Shown piece by piece: positions 19,577 to 28,593 of a stretch of DNA of 64,000 nt (position 1 is the first letter of the stretch; each line of letters opens with the position of its first letter). Below the pieces are notes generated by a model, which ran no database searches, was not told where the DNA came from, and saw only the letters and a list, made by a program, of their open reading frames with translations. The position numbers were made by a program, and so were the translations under genes. Source of the DNA: Leptospirillia bacterium (GTDB lineage Bacteria; Nitrospirota; JACRHL01); contig JBHHVE010000013.1 in NCBI GenBank assembly GCA_046754085.1, positions 1,190-65,189 of the forward strand, given 5' to 3'.

Positions 19577-21103
19577 CTACACCTCCTCCCGGATATTACC
19601 GCCAGCCATGAACTCCAGTTCCATTGCGGTTCTGGACAGGTTTTCCACGGTTTCCAGGGTTTCGCTCGATTTTTTCTCGGACTCTCCGGACACCTGGGAC
19701 AGGGATTCCACCGCCTCGGTTACCTGCTCCACCGCCACCCGTTGTTCCCGCGCGGTCATCTCGATCTCCTGAATCGAATCCGCGGTCTTGGTCACCAGCA
19801 TCAGCAGGGCATCGAAATTTTCCGCGATACGCGCGGTATCCTCGATACCCTGCTCCACCGCATTCACACCACCCACCGTGGCCTCACTGGTCACACGGGC
19901 GGTTTCCTGAATGTCTTCGATCAGGGCGCGAATCTCTTCGGTTGACTCCACCGCGCGCTCCGCCAGCATACGGATCTCCTCGGCCACCACGGCGAAGCGG
20001 CGTCCGGCCTCACCGGCCCCGGCGGCCTCGATGGTGGCGTTGATCGAAAGCAGATTGGTCTGGGAAGCCATCTCATTGATGATCTCCAGCACACTGTTGA
20101 TCTGTTGCGCCTTTTCCACCAAGGAGTTCATGTGGTCGGTCACGCGCCCCACCTGACCCTTGATCTCGCCCATCCCCTTCTGGGAATGGGACAACAGGGC
20201 GTGGCCCTTATGGCACTCATCGGCCGCATCCTTGGAGGTCTGCACCATGTGCCGGCTGTTTTCCGACATGTTGCGGCTGGTGGCCACCAACTCCTGCATG
20301 GTGGTTGAAATCTGGACCGCCGCGGAGGCGTGCTCGGCGGCACTCGCCACCTGATACTGGGCCGCCCCGGCCAACTGCCGGGTGGAGAGGGAAATCTGGC
20401 GGATCGGCCGATCCAGTCCCTTGAGAATGCGCCACGTCAGGAAAATCCCGGTGGACACGCTCAACAGCAGCAGGATGCTGCCCAGGGCCACAACCTTCGG
20501 GAGCCCCTTCTTCAGGACGGAGCGTACGTCATTCCATTCCTCATCCAGCAGCAGTTCCATATGGTGATTTAGACGCTCGATGCGAAGGTCCAGGTCGTAT
20601 TCCAGCGCCACCAGACGCGGGTGTTCGCCCTCCTGGTGCATATACTCCCCGATCGGGGTTCCAAGTTCTTGAATGGCCATCTGCTCCAGTTCGGCAAACA
20701 GGGTGGAGATCGTCGTCAGCTCCATCTGTTCGACCAACTCGCTGGAATGGAGACGGCCGGCATGTGCCTGGAACTGTTCCGAGGCGCGCACACGACCCGC
20801 GCGGGCATCCTCGGCAAAGCCCATTTCCCACTGGTTCATGGCGCGATCCAGTTCCCGCGTCGCCAACTGGATACCGTGTACGCTGTCGCTGGTTTGACGT
20901 ATCTCGGCCACACGGCTGAGCCGCGGCTCCACCTCGATCATCACCCAGAAGCTCAACACAACACTCACAACGATGGAGATGGCCACCAGGGCGATACCGA
21001 CCGCCAGAAGCCGACGGGCGGGAGCAACCCGGAGTCGCTCAGGTCGCATATCACCTTCATCCATCATGGTTTCGGATTTTTTCGGATCGCTCATGGCCAG
21101 CAC
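19577..21103 (-). CDS. Methyl-accepting chemotaxis protein
   Basis: Two TM helices; tip QTNLLSINATIEAAGAGEAGRRFAVVAEEIRMLA. Confidence 0.9.
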   Translation of the reverse strand: MLAMSDPKKSETMMDEGDMRPERLRVAPARRLLAVGIALVAISIVVSVVLSFWVMIEVEPRLSRVAEIRQTSDSVHGIQLATRELDRAMNQWEMGFAEDARAGRVRASEQFQAHAGRLHSSELVEQMELTTISTLFAELEQMAIQELGTPIGEYMHQEGEHPRLVALEYDLDLRIERLNHHMELLLDEEWNDVRSVLKKGLPKVVALGSILLLLSVSTGIFLTWRILKGLDRPIRQISLSTRQLAGAAQYQVASAAEHASAAVQISTTMQELVATSRNMSENSRHMVQTSKDAADECHKGHALLSHSQKGMGEIKGQVGRVTDHMNSLVEKAQQINSVLEIINEMASQTNLLSINATIEAAGAGEAGRRFAVVAEEIRMLAERAVESTEEIRALIEDIQETARVTSEATVGGVNAVEQGIEDTARIAENFDALLMLVTKTADSIQEIEMTAREQRVAVEQVTEAVESLSQVSGESEKKSSETLETVENLSRTAMELEFMAGGNIREEV

Positions 21104-21136
21104 AGCCTTTCCTCTTCAAAAAACACCGCGCCGCCC

Positions 21137-21655
21137 TCAGCAACGCGCATCAAGCTGAATAAACAGGTTGTCCAGATCGGGAAACAGCACCAGGTTGCTC
21201 TCCGCAAATGCAGTCTCCCGCACCATCTGTCTGAGTCCCGGCGGCAAATTGGCGGGGGGATCGCTTCGCTCATAGTCGCCAAGGGCAACCAGGCGGCCGA
21301 TTTCGGTGACTGACAGACCCAGGTTGAAACCGGGCCCCTTCATCACCACCACCTCACCCCCGGGTTCCCTCAGGGGTGGATAGCCGAACATGGCCGGTAA
21401 GTCGTATACGGCCACGATCTCCCCCTGGAGGTTGATGACCCCAAGCAGGTGTGTGGGCGAACCGGGCAGCGGGGTCAGGTCCGCATGGCGGACCAGCCGC
21501 AGCACACGGTTAATCGGCAATGCAAAGCGCTCCCGGTCCACATGCACCAGCAGGTGTTCCGGGTTACCGTGCTGGCTGTCCGCCAGATCCTGGGCAAAGC
21601 CCTCATCGAAATCCGCCCGAAGGTTGGTCAGCCGCTGTTCCAGTCCCGTTTTCAA
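21137..21655 (-). CDS. cheW: CheW adaptor protein
   Basis: FALPINRV..LTPLPGSPTHLLGVINLQGEIVAVYDL. Confidence 0.85.
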   Translation of the reverse strand: MKTGLEQRLTNLRADFDEGFAQDLADSQHGNPEHLLVHVDRERFALPINRVLRLVRHADLTPLPGSPTHLLGVINLQGEIVAVYDLPAMFGYPPLREPGGEVVVMKGPGFNLGLSVTEIGRLVALGDYERSDPPANLPPGLRQMVRETAFAESNLVLFPDLDNLFIQLDARC

Positions 21656-21689
21656 AAAACCCTCTCCCCGTCCGTTACGTCATGCCGGA

Positions 21690-22136
21690 TCAGGCCGCCA
21701 CCGGCCCGCTCAATAGCTTCGCCAACCGATCCGCGCCCAGTAGATGAAACAACTGACCGTCCAGTTCGAGGAGGCCGATTTTGGCCGAACCAGCCTGTGA
21801 ACCGCTCTCCGTCACAACGGCCTGGGGGTCGTAATCGACGATGTCGTCCACCCAGTCCACCTGCCAGTGGCATGGGCCTTGCGGGGTACGGATGGCCAGC
21901 ATCCAGGGACGCCTCTGATACGGATCGCCCTGGTCGGAACCCCCTTCAAGCACCTGGCCGAGGTCGTAAACTCGCACCAGATCGCCGTGCAGCCGGATCA
22001 CGCCCAGCACCGGTTCGGGCGCACCGGGTTCTTCCTCCACTTCAGGCATCCTGCCCACCTCGTGAAGGTCGAGAATGTCCATGGCGTAACGGACACCCCG
22101 TACGCTAAAAACCAGCATCTGGCCGGATGATTCCAC
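21690..22136 (-). CDS. cheW: CheW adaptor protein
   Basis: LVFSVRGVRYAMDI..PGAPEPVLGVIRLHGDLVRVYDL. Confidence 0.85.
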   Translation of the reverse strand: MESSGQMLVFSVRGVRYAMDILDLHEVGRMPEVEEEPGAPEPVLGVIRLHGDLVRVYDLGQVLEGGSDQGDPYQRRPWMLAIRTPQGPCHWQVDWVDDIVDYDPQAVVTESGSQAGSAKIGLLELDGQLFHLLGADRLAKLLSGPVAA

Positions 22137-22185
22137 CTCGCATACCTCTTACACAGGTTTCGAAGGCATAAGGCCCAACCGTTTT

Positions 22186-22214
22186 TTGTCGGCTGTTTTT
22201 CCGCGTCACTTGAG
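22186..22214 (-). promoter_or_regulatory. Putative sigma28 (FliA)-type promoter of the chemosensory/EPS operon
   Basis: CTCAAG-N15-GCCGACAA; a near-identical motif lies at 61232-61260. Confidence 0.5.
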
Positions 22215-22253
22215 GCGTTTCGGCCCCTTGCAGGAAACCGGTCGGAGGTCGAC

Positions 22254-22282
22254 TTGTCAGGGCAAGGGGACAAACCTATACT
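22254..22282 (+). promoter_or_regulatory. Sigma70 promoter of phoH
   Basis: TTGTCA-N17-TATACT, 7 nt before ATG 22290. Confidence 0.6.
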
Positions 22283-22289
22283 CGAAGGC

Positions 22290-23228
22290 ATGACCACCCA
22301 CACCCTGGTTCTCCAGGAGCACCTCGACACCGCCGGTTTGTTTGGCATGTACGATGCCCACCTCAAGGCCATAGAGGCCGCGCTGGGGGTGGTGATCGTC
22401 GCCCGGGGCCAGAACCTCACGATCAACGGCCCGGAAAGCGCCGTCCACGCCACCAAAAAAGTGCTGACGCAGCTTTCCGAGAGACTGCTGGAGCGGGGCG
22501 CCCTCAGCCCGGATGACGTGCAATTCACACTGCTTCAGGTCACCAAAGGCGCTCCGGCGGAAACCACTCTGTCGCTGCCGGGAAAAGCCCACCCGCTGAT
22601 GCCGCGTTCCGCCAACCAGGCCTACTATCTCAAGGCCATCGCCGAACATGACCTGGTGCTTGGCATTGGCCCTGCCGGTACCGGAAAGACCTATCTGGCC
22701 ATGGCCTCCGCCGTATCGGCATACAACCGTAAGGAGGTGCGCCGCATCATCCTGACCCGGCCGGCGGTAGAGGCGGGGGAGCGCCTGGGCTTTTTGCCCG
22801 GCGATCTGGTGGAGAAGGTCAACCCTTACCTGAGACCCCTTTACGATGCGCTCTACGACATGATGCCGCCGGACAAGGTGGCACAGCTTCTGGAGCGCAA
22901 TGAAATCGAAATCGCACCCTTGGCGTTCATGCGCGGACGCACCCTGAACGACGCCTTCGTCATACTGGACGAGGCTCAGAACACCACCTCGGACCAGATG
23001 CATATGTTTCTGACCCGCTTCGGCGAGGATTCCAAAGTGGTGGTCACCGGCGACGTCACCCAGGTGGATCTCGGCCCCGGAGAAATTTCGGGCCTGGTGG
23101 AAGCCGAAGGCATCCTGGACGGTATAAAAGGGGTTAGCGTTGTCCGTTTTGAGGTCGGCGACGTCGTCCGCCACCCGCTGGTGGCCCGCATCGTCCAGGC
23201 TTACGAGGACCACCGCCGCGACCTCTGA
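22290..23228 (+). CDS. phoH: PhoH-like ATPase (YbeZ)
   Basis: [50 protein letters not shown]. Confidence 0.95.
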   Translation: MTTHTLVLQEHLDTAGLFGMYDAHLKAIEAALGVVIVARGQNLTINGPESAVHATKKVLTQLSERLLERGALSPDDVQFTLLQVTKGAPAETTLSLPGKAHPLMPRSANQAYYLKAIAEHDLVLGIGPAGTGKTYLAMASAVSAYNRKEVRRIILTRPAVEAGERLGFLPGDLVEKVNPYLRPLYDALYDMMPPDKVAQLLERNEIEIAPLAFMRGRTLNDAFVILDEAQNTTSDQMHMFLTRFGEDSKVVVTGDVTQVDLGPGEISGLVEAEGILDGIKGVSVVRFEVGDVVRHPLVARIVQAYEDHRRDL

Positions 23229-23250
23229 GGTCGCGGCGTGAGAACAGACC

Positions 23251-25557
23251 ATGGCAAAGGAAAGACCCCGCCTCCACCTGCTCAAGCGCAACGCCTCCCC
23301 GGAAGACACCGAGGCCCGGCCCGCAACATCGCCGTGGGTCATCGCCCTGGTGGCCGCGGTGACGCTGCTGGCCTGTGCGCTTTTGTTGATTCCCACGCCG
23401 CAACATGTGCCCCAGTACGCCGCAGGCGAGACCGTGGAGCGGGAAATCATCTCCCCCAGAGATCTGACGGTGCCCGATCTGGAAGCCACCAACGCGGCGA
23501 AAAAGCGCGCCCGCCTTCAGATTCCGGCGGTGTACGACCTGCTGCCAACGGAAACCGACCTGCTGGTGAGGCGTGTTGAGGATGCCTTTGCATCCATCCG
23601 TGCCCTGCGTTACGCCGGACCCCTGTCGAAGCCCGATTCCGAGCCCACAGCGGACGAATTGTTACGCACCCGCCTTGGCATCCTGCCGCCGGAACATCTG
23701 CAACACCTGTCCCCGAGCCGCTTTACCCGCAGACTGGAAACCGAGTTGATCAGCGCCCTGCGCCAGCCCCTTGAGCGCGGCGTACTGATGGACCGGGACG
23801 ACGTGCCCGGCGGGCCGAACAGCGAGATTCTGGTGCGTACGGTGGGAGAACCGCGGGAAAGCTACGTCAAGCTACGTAACCTGCCGGAACTGGCCGAAGC
23901 GCGGGCCTCCCTTGAGCGGGTCGCGCTCCAGGTGTTTGCGGATGAGCCGGACGCCCGCGCATTGATGACCTTTCTTGGTCAGTCCCTGCTCTTCGCCAAC
24001 CTGAGTGAAAACCGCAAGGAGACCCAGCTCCGTCGCGAAACCGCCGCCGCGCGGGTCAAGCCGTTGTTTATCCACATCAAAAAAGGCGACGTGCTGGTGC
24101 CTGCCGGCAGCCAGGTCCTGCATACCCAGGAATTGCTCCTCAACGCCTTCGCCGAATCCGGCGAGGAGGTCAGCACCCAGACCGTGCGGGTGATCGGCCT
24201 CGGCATTCTGTGCGGGCTGATTTTCTTTGTGTTCTACCTGGATTTGAAGGGCATACGTTCACGGGTACTCACCGAACTGCCACGGGCGCTGGTCACCGCC
24301 ATCGTGCTTGTGGGCACCCTGGCCCTGTGCCGCCTGACCCTGTTCCTGCTGGGGGCATTTACCGCCCAGTTTGAGGCGGTGGACGCGATAGCGCTGCCAT
24401 ACGCCCTGCCGGTGGCCGCCGGCGCCATGCTGGTTACCCTGCTGTTGAACGTACGCACCGCCCTGGTGTTCTCCATGATGGCCAGCATTCTCATGGGGCT
24501 CATGGTGCCCGAGGTGCCCCTGTTCACCCTGTACGGCTTCATCACCTCGCTGGTGGGCGTGTTTGCGGTATCCGGCTGCCAGCGGCGCTCGCAACTGGCG
24601 AGCGCCGGGCTGTGGGTGGGCTTTATGAGCGCCGCGGTGGTGGCGGGAATTGATCTGCAACAAGCCACCCTGATCTCTCCGGAGCGGCTGTACGACCTGC
24701 CGTTCGCCTTCTGCGGCGGCATACTCGCCGCGGTCATCGTGTCGGCGGCGCTGCCGGTGCTGGAGCTGGCCTTCAACCTGCCCACCAACATCCGTTTGCT
24801 GGAGCTTTCGGACCTGAATCACCCACTGCTCAGAATGCTGCTCGAACGTGCGCCGGGCACCTATCACCACAGCATGATCATGAGCAACATGGCGGAACAG
24901 GCCGCCAAGGCAATCGGTGACAACGCGCTCCTTGCACGGGTTGGATGCTACTACCACGACATCGGCAAGATGTTGAAGCCCGCCTACTTCATCGAAAACC
25001 AATGGGGCGGCGAGAACAACCTGCACGACAACCTGTCGCCTTCCATGAGCCGTCTGGTGCTGGTCTCCCACGTCAAGGACGGCATTGAACTGGCGCGCAA
25101 ACACAACCTGCCCCAGGAAGTCATCGATATGATCCCGCAGCACCACGGCACGCGGCTGATCAACTATTTTTTCGAGAAAGCCAAAGAAAGCACCCAGCCC
25201 GGCTCCGGGCAGCCAAACGAGGAAAACTTCCGCTATCCTGGCCCCAAACCCCAAACCAAGGTGGGGGGCATCATCATGGCGGCGGATACGGTGGAGGCGG
25301 CATCCCGTGTGCTGGACGACCCGTCTCCGGCACGGATTGGGGTGCTGGTGGACAAGGTGGTCAACACCATCTACCTGGATCAGCAGCTGGACGACTGTGA
25401 GCTGACCCTGAAAGATTTGAGAAAGATCGCCGATTCGTTCGTGAAGACCCTCACCGGCACCTTCCACCACCGCATCCAGTATCCTGGCATGCAGATCCCC
25501 GCGTCCGGGCAAGATGCCGGTCCATCTGACGAATCGCCAGCGTCGCTTCCCCGTTGA
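23251..25557 (+). CDS. 7TM-HDIG phosphohydrolase (PgpH/YqfF family)
   Basis: Extracellular domain, multiple TM helices, APGTYHHS, YYHDIGK, QHHGT, FRYPGPKPQT. Confidence 0.92.
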   Translation: MAKERPRLHLLKRNASPEDTEARPATSPWVIALVAAVTLLACALLLIPTPQHVPQYAAGETVEREIISPRDLTVPDLEATNAAKKRARLQIPAVYDLLPTETDLLVRRVEDAFASIRALRYAGPLSKPDSEPTADELLRTRLGILPPEHLQHLSPSRFTRRLETELISALRQPLERGVLMDRDDVPGGPNSEILVRTVGEPRESYVKLRNLPELAEARASLERVALQVFADEPDARALMTFLGQSLLFANLSENRKETQLRRETAAARVKPLFIHIKKGDVLVPAGSQVLHTQELLLNAFAESGEEVSTQTVRVIGLGILCGLIFFVFYLDLKGIRSRVLTELPRALVTAIVLVGTLALCRLTLFLLGAFTAQFEAVDAIALPYALPVAAGAMLVTLLLNVRTALVFSMMASILMGLMVPEVPLFTLYGFITSLVGVFAVSGCQRRSQLASAGLWVGFMSAAVVAGIDLQQATLISPERLYDLPFAFCGGILAAVIVSAALPVLELAFNLPTNIRLLELSDLNHPLLRMLLERAPGTYHHSMIMSNMAEQAAKAIGDNALLARVGCYYHDIGKMLKPAYFIENQWGGENNLHDNLSPSMSRLVLVSHVKDGIELARKHNLPQEVIDMIPQHHGTRLINYFFEKAKESTQPGSGQPNEENFRYPGPKPQTKVGGIIMAADTVEAASRVLDDPSPARIGVLVDKVVNTIYLDQQLDDCELTLKDLRKIADSFVKTLTGTFHHRIQYPGMQIPASGQDAGPSDESPASLPR

Positions 25558-26020
25558 CCAGGCGCGCCTGTCCCGGCTGGCGGAAGCCTGTCTGGCGGAA
25601 CTGGGAATCGGCGATGCCGAACTCAGTGTGCTTCTGGTGAACGATCGCGCCATGCGAACCATGAATCGTCAGTTTCGGCATATTGATCAGACCACGGACG
25701 TGCTCTCATTCCCCCTCCATGACGGCGACCCCGCGTCCCTTGAGGGACGCATGACCACAACGGCGGGCGAACCGCAGCCGCTTCTGGGGGATGTGGTGAT
25801 TTCGGTGGAGCGCGCATACCTCCAGGCGGCACAATTTGAGGTGACGCCGGACGAGGAGCTGGCGCTTTTGCTGGTTCACGGGGTGCTGCACCTGAGCGGC
25901 CACGACCACGAGCAGGGGCCGGACGAGGCCGTCCGCATGCGGACGGCGGAACAAAACATGTTAACCGTGCTCGGCCTGTCCCGCCCCGGACTGATCCGCC
26001 GCGCCGAAGAAGAGATGTGA
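25514..26020 (+). CDS. ybeY: rRNA maturation endoribonuclease YbeY
   Basis: TDVLSFP, LGDVVIS, HGVLHLSGHDH. Confidence 0.95.
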   Translation: MPVHLTNRQRRFPVDQARLSRLAEACLAELGIGDAELSVLLVNDRAMRTMNRQFRHIDQTTDVLSFPLHDGDPASLEGRMTTTAGEPQPLLGDVVISVERAYLQAAQFEVTPDEELALLLVHGVLHLSGHDHEQGPDEAVRMRTAEQNMLTVLGLSRPGLIRRAEEEM

Positions 26021-26943
26021 CCGTGAGTGGAATTTTTTCGCGCCTGAGCGCGGGCCTGGCCAAAAGCCGCGCCGCCCTGTCCGGACGCCTGAGCGAGGCG
26101 GTTGCGGCCCATGACACCATTGATCAGGCCCTGCTTGAGGAGGTGGAGGAGATTCTGATCACCGCAGACCTGGGCATGGCCACCACCCTGCGTCTCACCC
26201 GGGCCATCGACGATGAGATCCGCTACAACCGGCTGACCGAGCCCGCCCGTCTGTGGGAGATCCTCGCAACCCATCTGGGAAACACCATAAAAGCCGCCGG
26301 CGACGGACCTTTTAGCCTGTCCGAAAAGCCCACCGTGGTGCTGGTGGTGGGGGTCAACGGCGTCGGCAAAACCACCACCATCGGCAAGCTCGCCGCGCAC
26401 TATACGTCAGAGGGCAGGAAGGTCATGCTGGGGGCCTCCGACACCTTTCGCGCCGCCGCCTCCGATCAACTTGCCCTGTGGGGCAAAAAGCTGGGGGTGG
26501 ATGTGATCCGCCACCGGGAGGGGGCCGACGCCTCGGCGGTGGCCTACGACGCCTGCGAGGCAGCGTCCGCCCGGGGGGCCGACCTGCTTCTGATCGACAC
26601 CGCCGGGCGCCTGCATACCAATGTGAATTTGATGGCGGAGCTGGAAAAGGTCCACCGGGTGGTCGGCAAGGTGGTTCCCGGCGCACCCCACGAGGTGCTG
26701 CTGGTGCTCGACGCCACCACCGGGCAGAACGCCCTGAATCAGGCCAAAACCTTCGCTGCTGCGGTGCGGGTCACCGGGCTCTGCCTGACCAAGATGGACA
26801 GCACCGCAAGGGGCGGCATTCTGGTGAATCTGGCCGACACCCTCAAGGTGCCGGTGCGCTTTATCGGGGTGGGAGAGCAGGCCGAAGACCTGCAACCGTT
26901 CGACGCCGACAGCTATGTGTCGGCGCTGCTCAAAAACCCGTAA
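26017..26943 (+). CDS. ftsY: SRP receptor FtsY
   Basis: [37 protein letters not shown]. Confidence 0.97.
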   Translation: MTVSGIFSRLSAGLAKSRAALSGRLSEAVAAHDTIDQALLEEVEEILITADLGMATTLRLTRAIDDEIRYNRLTEPARLWEILATHLGNTIKAAGDGPFSLSEKPTVVLVVGVNGVGKTTTIGKLAAHYTSEGRKVMLGASDTFRAAASDQLALWGKKLGVDVIRHREGADASAVAYDACEAASARGADLLLIDTAGRLHTNVNLMAELEKVHRVVGKVVPGAPHEVLLVLDATTGQNALNQAKTFAAAVRVTGLCLTKMDSTARGGILVNLADTLKVPVRFIGVGEQAEDLQPFDADSYVSALLKNP

Positions 26944-27086
26944 CGGCCCACGAACACGACCTCCCCGATGGGTTCCGGGGCGGGGCGTTTGTTTTGGGTG
27001 CCCTGTTGCCGCTTGCGGGGCCATGCCCGGTTGATTTTTTTCGCTCCCCCGGCGTTCCGGGGTCGCTCTCCGGCTGACCTTGGAGG

Positions 27087-28091
27087 TCAGCAGCAGCCGG
27101 TGGTTTTGGGCACGTCGCCACCAGGTTCGGTAATCACGAACATCCCGGCGTAGGGCGCCTGAGCCAGCTTGGCGGCGGTGTCCGAGCAGATTTCCACAAT
27201 CTCGCCACGGGCGTAGGTGTGGCCGTCATCGTCGGTCAGCGTGCGGCCCGGCCCCGCATAGATGGCCGTATGGCCGTCGTAGACGCATACATCACCCTTG
27301 TCAAAACGGTGGCCCCGGAAGGTGGTGGAGTAAAAGGCGATGCCGTTCACCTGCTGCCACAGGTATTCCCGCTCCAGGGTGATGCCGTGAAAACCGGCGG
27401 CCTCGGCGGCTTCCACAAAGGCGCGCTCGGTCATGGCCCCGGACAGGCATTCGCCCCACAACTCCGAATCCCGCCGCATTGCCTCCGGAACCGGCTGGTC
27501 CGACACGATGTCGGAGATAACGAAACGACCGCCATGACCGAGCACCCGGTGGATTTCTCCAAACACTCCGGGCTTGTCGGTGGACAGGTTCAGTACGCAG
27601 TTGCTGGTCACCAGGTCGGCACAGCCGTCCTCCACCGGGATCGCCTCCAGATAGCCCTTGTGGAACTCCACCACCGAGTGGCCGAGACGTTCCGCCACCG
27701 CCTCGGAGGTGGCCCTTGCCTTATCCAGCATTTCATCGGTCATGTCGATGCCGATCACGCGGCCCTCGGGCCCCACCATGCGAGCTGCGATAAAGCAATC
27801 GATACCGCCGCCCGAACCCAGATCCACCACGGTCTCGCCCGGCCGGGGTGCGGCCTGCGCCATGGGGCTGCCGCAACCATAGGAGATGGCCAGCACCTCC
27901 TCCGGAATATGGCTGACGTCCTCCGGCTGGTAATCGGTGGGGCAACACAGTTGCGGCTGCGGGGCCGCAGCCGCCGCCCCGTAGTAGCTCGCCACATCCT
28001 CACGGCTGACTTCAGCCCCCGCGGGGGTCTCACAGCTTTCGCCGGGACCACAGCAACCGGGTTCAGCCTGTCGCGCCTGTAACTCGCTCAT
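27087..28091 (-). CDS. arsM: Arsenite S-adenosylmethionine methyltransferase (ArsM/AS3MT-like)
   Basis: [38 protein letters not shown]; C-terminal CC. Confidence 0.8.
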   Translation of the reverse strand: MSELQARQAEPGCCGPGESCETPAGAEVSREDVASYYGAAAAAPQPQLCCPTDYQPEDVSHIPEEVLAISYGCGSPMAQAAPRPGETVVDLGSGGGIDCFIAARMVGPEGRVIGIDMTDEMLDKARATSEAVAERLGHSVVEFHKGYLEAIPVEDGCADLVTSNCVLNLSTDKPGVFGEIHRVLGHGGRFVISDIVSDQPVPEAMRRDSELWGECLSGAMTERAFVEAAEAAGFHGITLEREYLWQQVNGIAFYSTTFRGHRFDKGDVCVYDGHTAIYAGPGRTLTDDDGHTYARGEIVEICSDTAAKLAQAPYAGMFVITEPGGDVPKTTGCC

Positions 28092-28323
28092 CGGGTTTTG
28101 TTTCCTCTCCCTGAATTTAAATGCATCGCACGGTTCCATGCCCCCGTGAGACGTTGCGGACTCCTGTGTTGTTCAGGCGGATCCGCATGTTATCACAGGT
28201 ATTAAAACCCGACGACAGGGCACCCTATTCCCCCCGCTCCGAAAAGCCCGTCAACTTGACAGTCCCGCACCGCCCGCCCTACGGTTTCGACCGTTCAACG
28301 AAACAGACCGGACCGAAAACACC

Positions 28324-28593
28324 ATGGCCATCCTTCGCAAAACATCCAACGTCCTTCTCGGGTTCGTATTTGCCGGCGCGCTGCTCGGTGGCGTACTGGC
28401 GGAAGCGTTGCGTCATTTTTCCTCGGAAGGTCTGCTTCGGGAGGTGTTTCTCAAAGGCTACGGCATCGGTATCGACCCGCCGTTCACCATTGACCTGCAC
28501 CTGTTCTCCCTCACCGCCGGGTTGACCTTCGACATCAACCTGTTCGTGATCCTGGGGGCGTTATTGGGGGTGCTGGTTTACCGCCAGGTTTAA
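28324..28593 (+). CDS. Small membrane protein (DUF4321-like)
   Basis: Two hydrophobic segments; GIDPPFTIDLHLFSLTAGLTFDINL; upstream TTGACA-N18-TACGGT. Confidence 0.75.
   Translation: MAILRKTSNVLLGFVFAGALLGGVLAEALRHFSSEGLLREVFLKGYGIGIDPPFTIDLHLFSLTAGLTFDINLFVILGALLGVLVYRQV

Noticed and set aside
7208-22136. Chemosensory/EPS block as a mobile genomic island
   Set aside because: No integrase, transposase, flanking direct repeats or clear compositional shift were seen
26944-27070. GC-rich imperfect hairpins after ftsY as a candidate SRP RNA or terminator
   Set aside because: No SRP domain IV motif (CAGG...GGAA...AGCAG), and the T-run precedes rather than follows the best hairpin
27073-27092. 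Hairpin GCTGACCT-CCA-AGGTCAGC containing the arsM TGA, suggesting possible selenocysteine readthrough
   Set aside because: The stem sequesters the UGA instead of forming a downstream SECIS-like loop, a terminal CC is normal for ArsM, and the readthrough peptide is not protein-like
28561-28593. 33-nt convergent overlap of rlmN and the DUF4321 gene
   Set aside because: Falls in the non-conserved RlmN tail after AACGQL; short 3' overlaps are common
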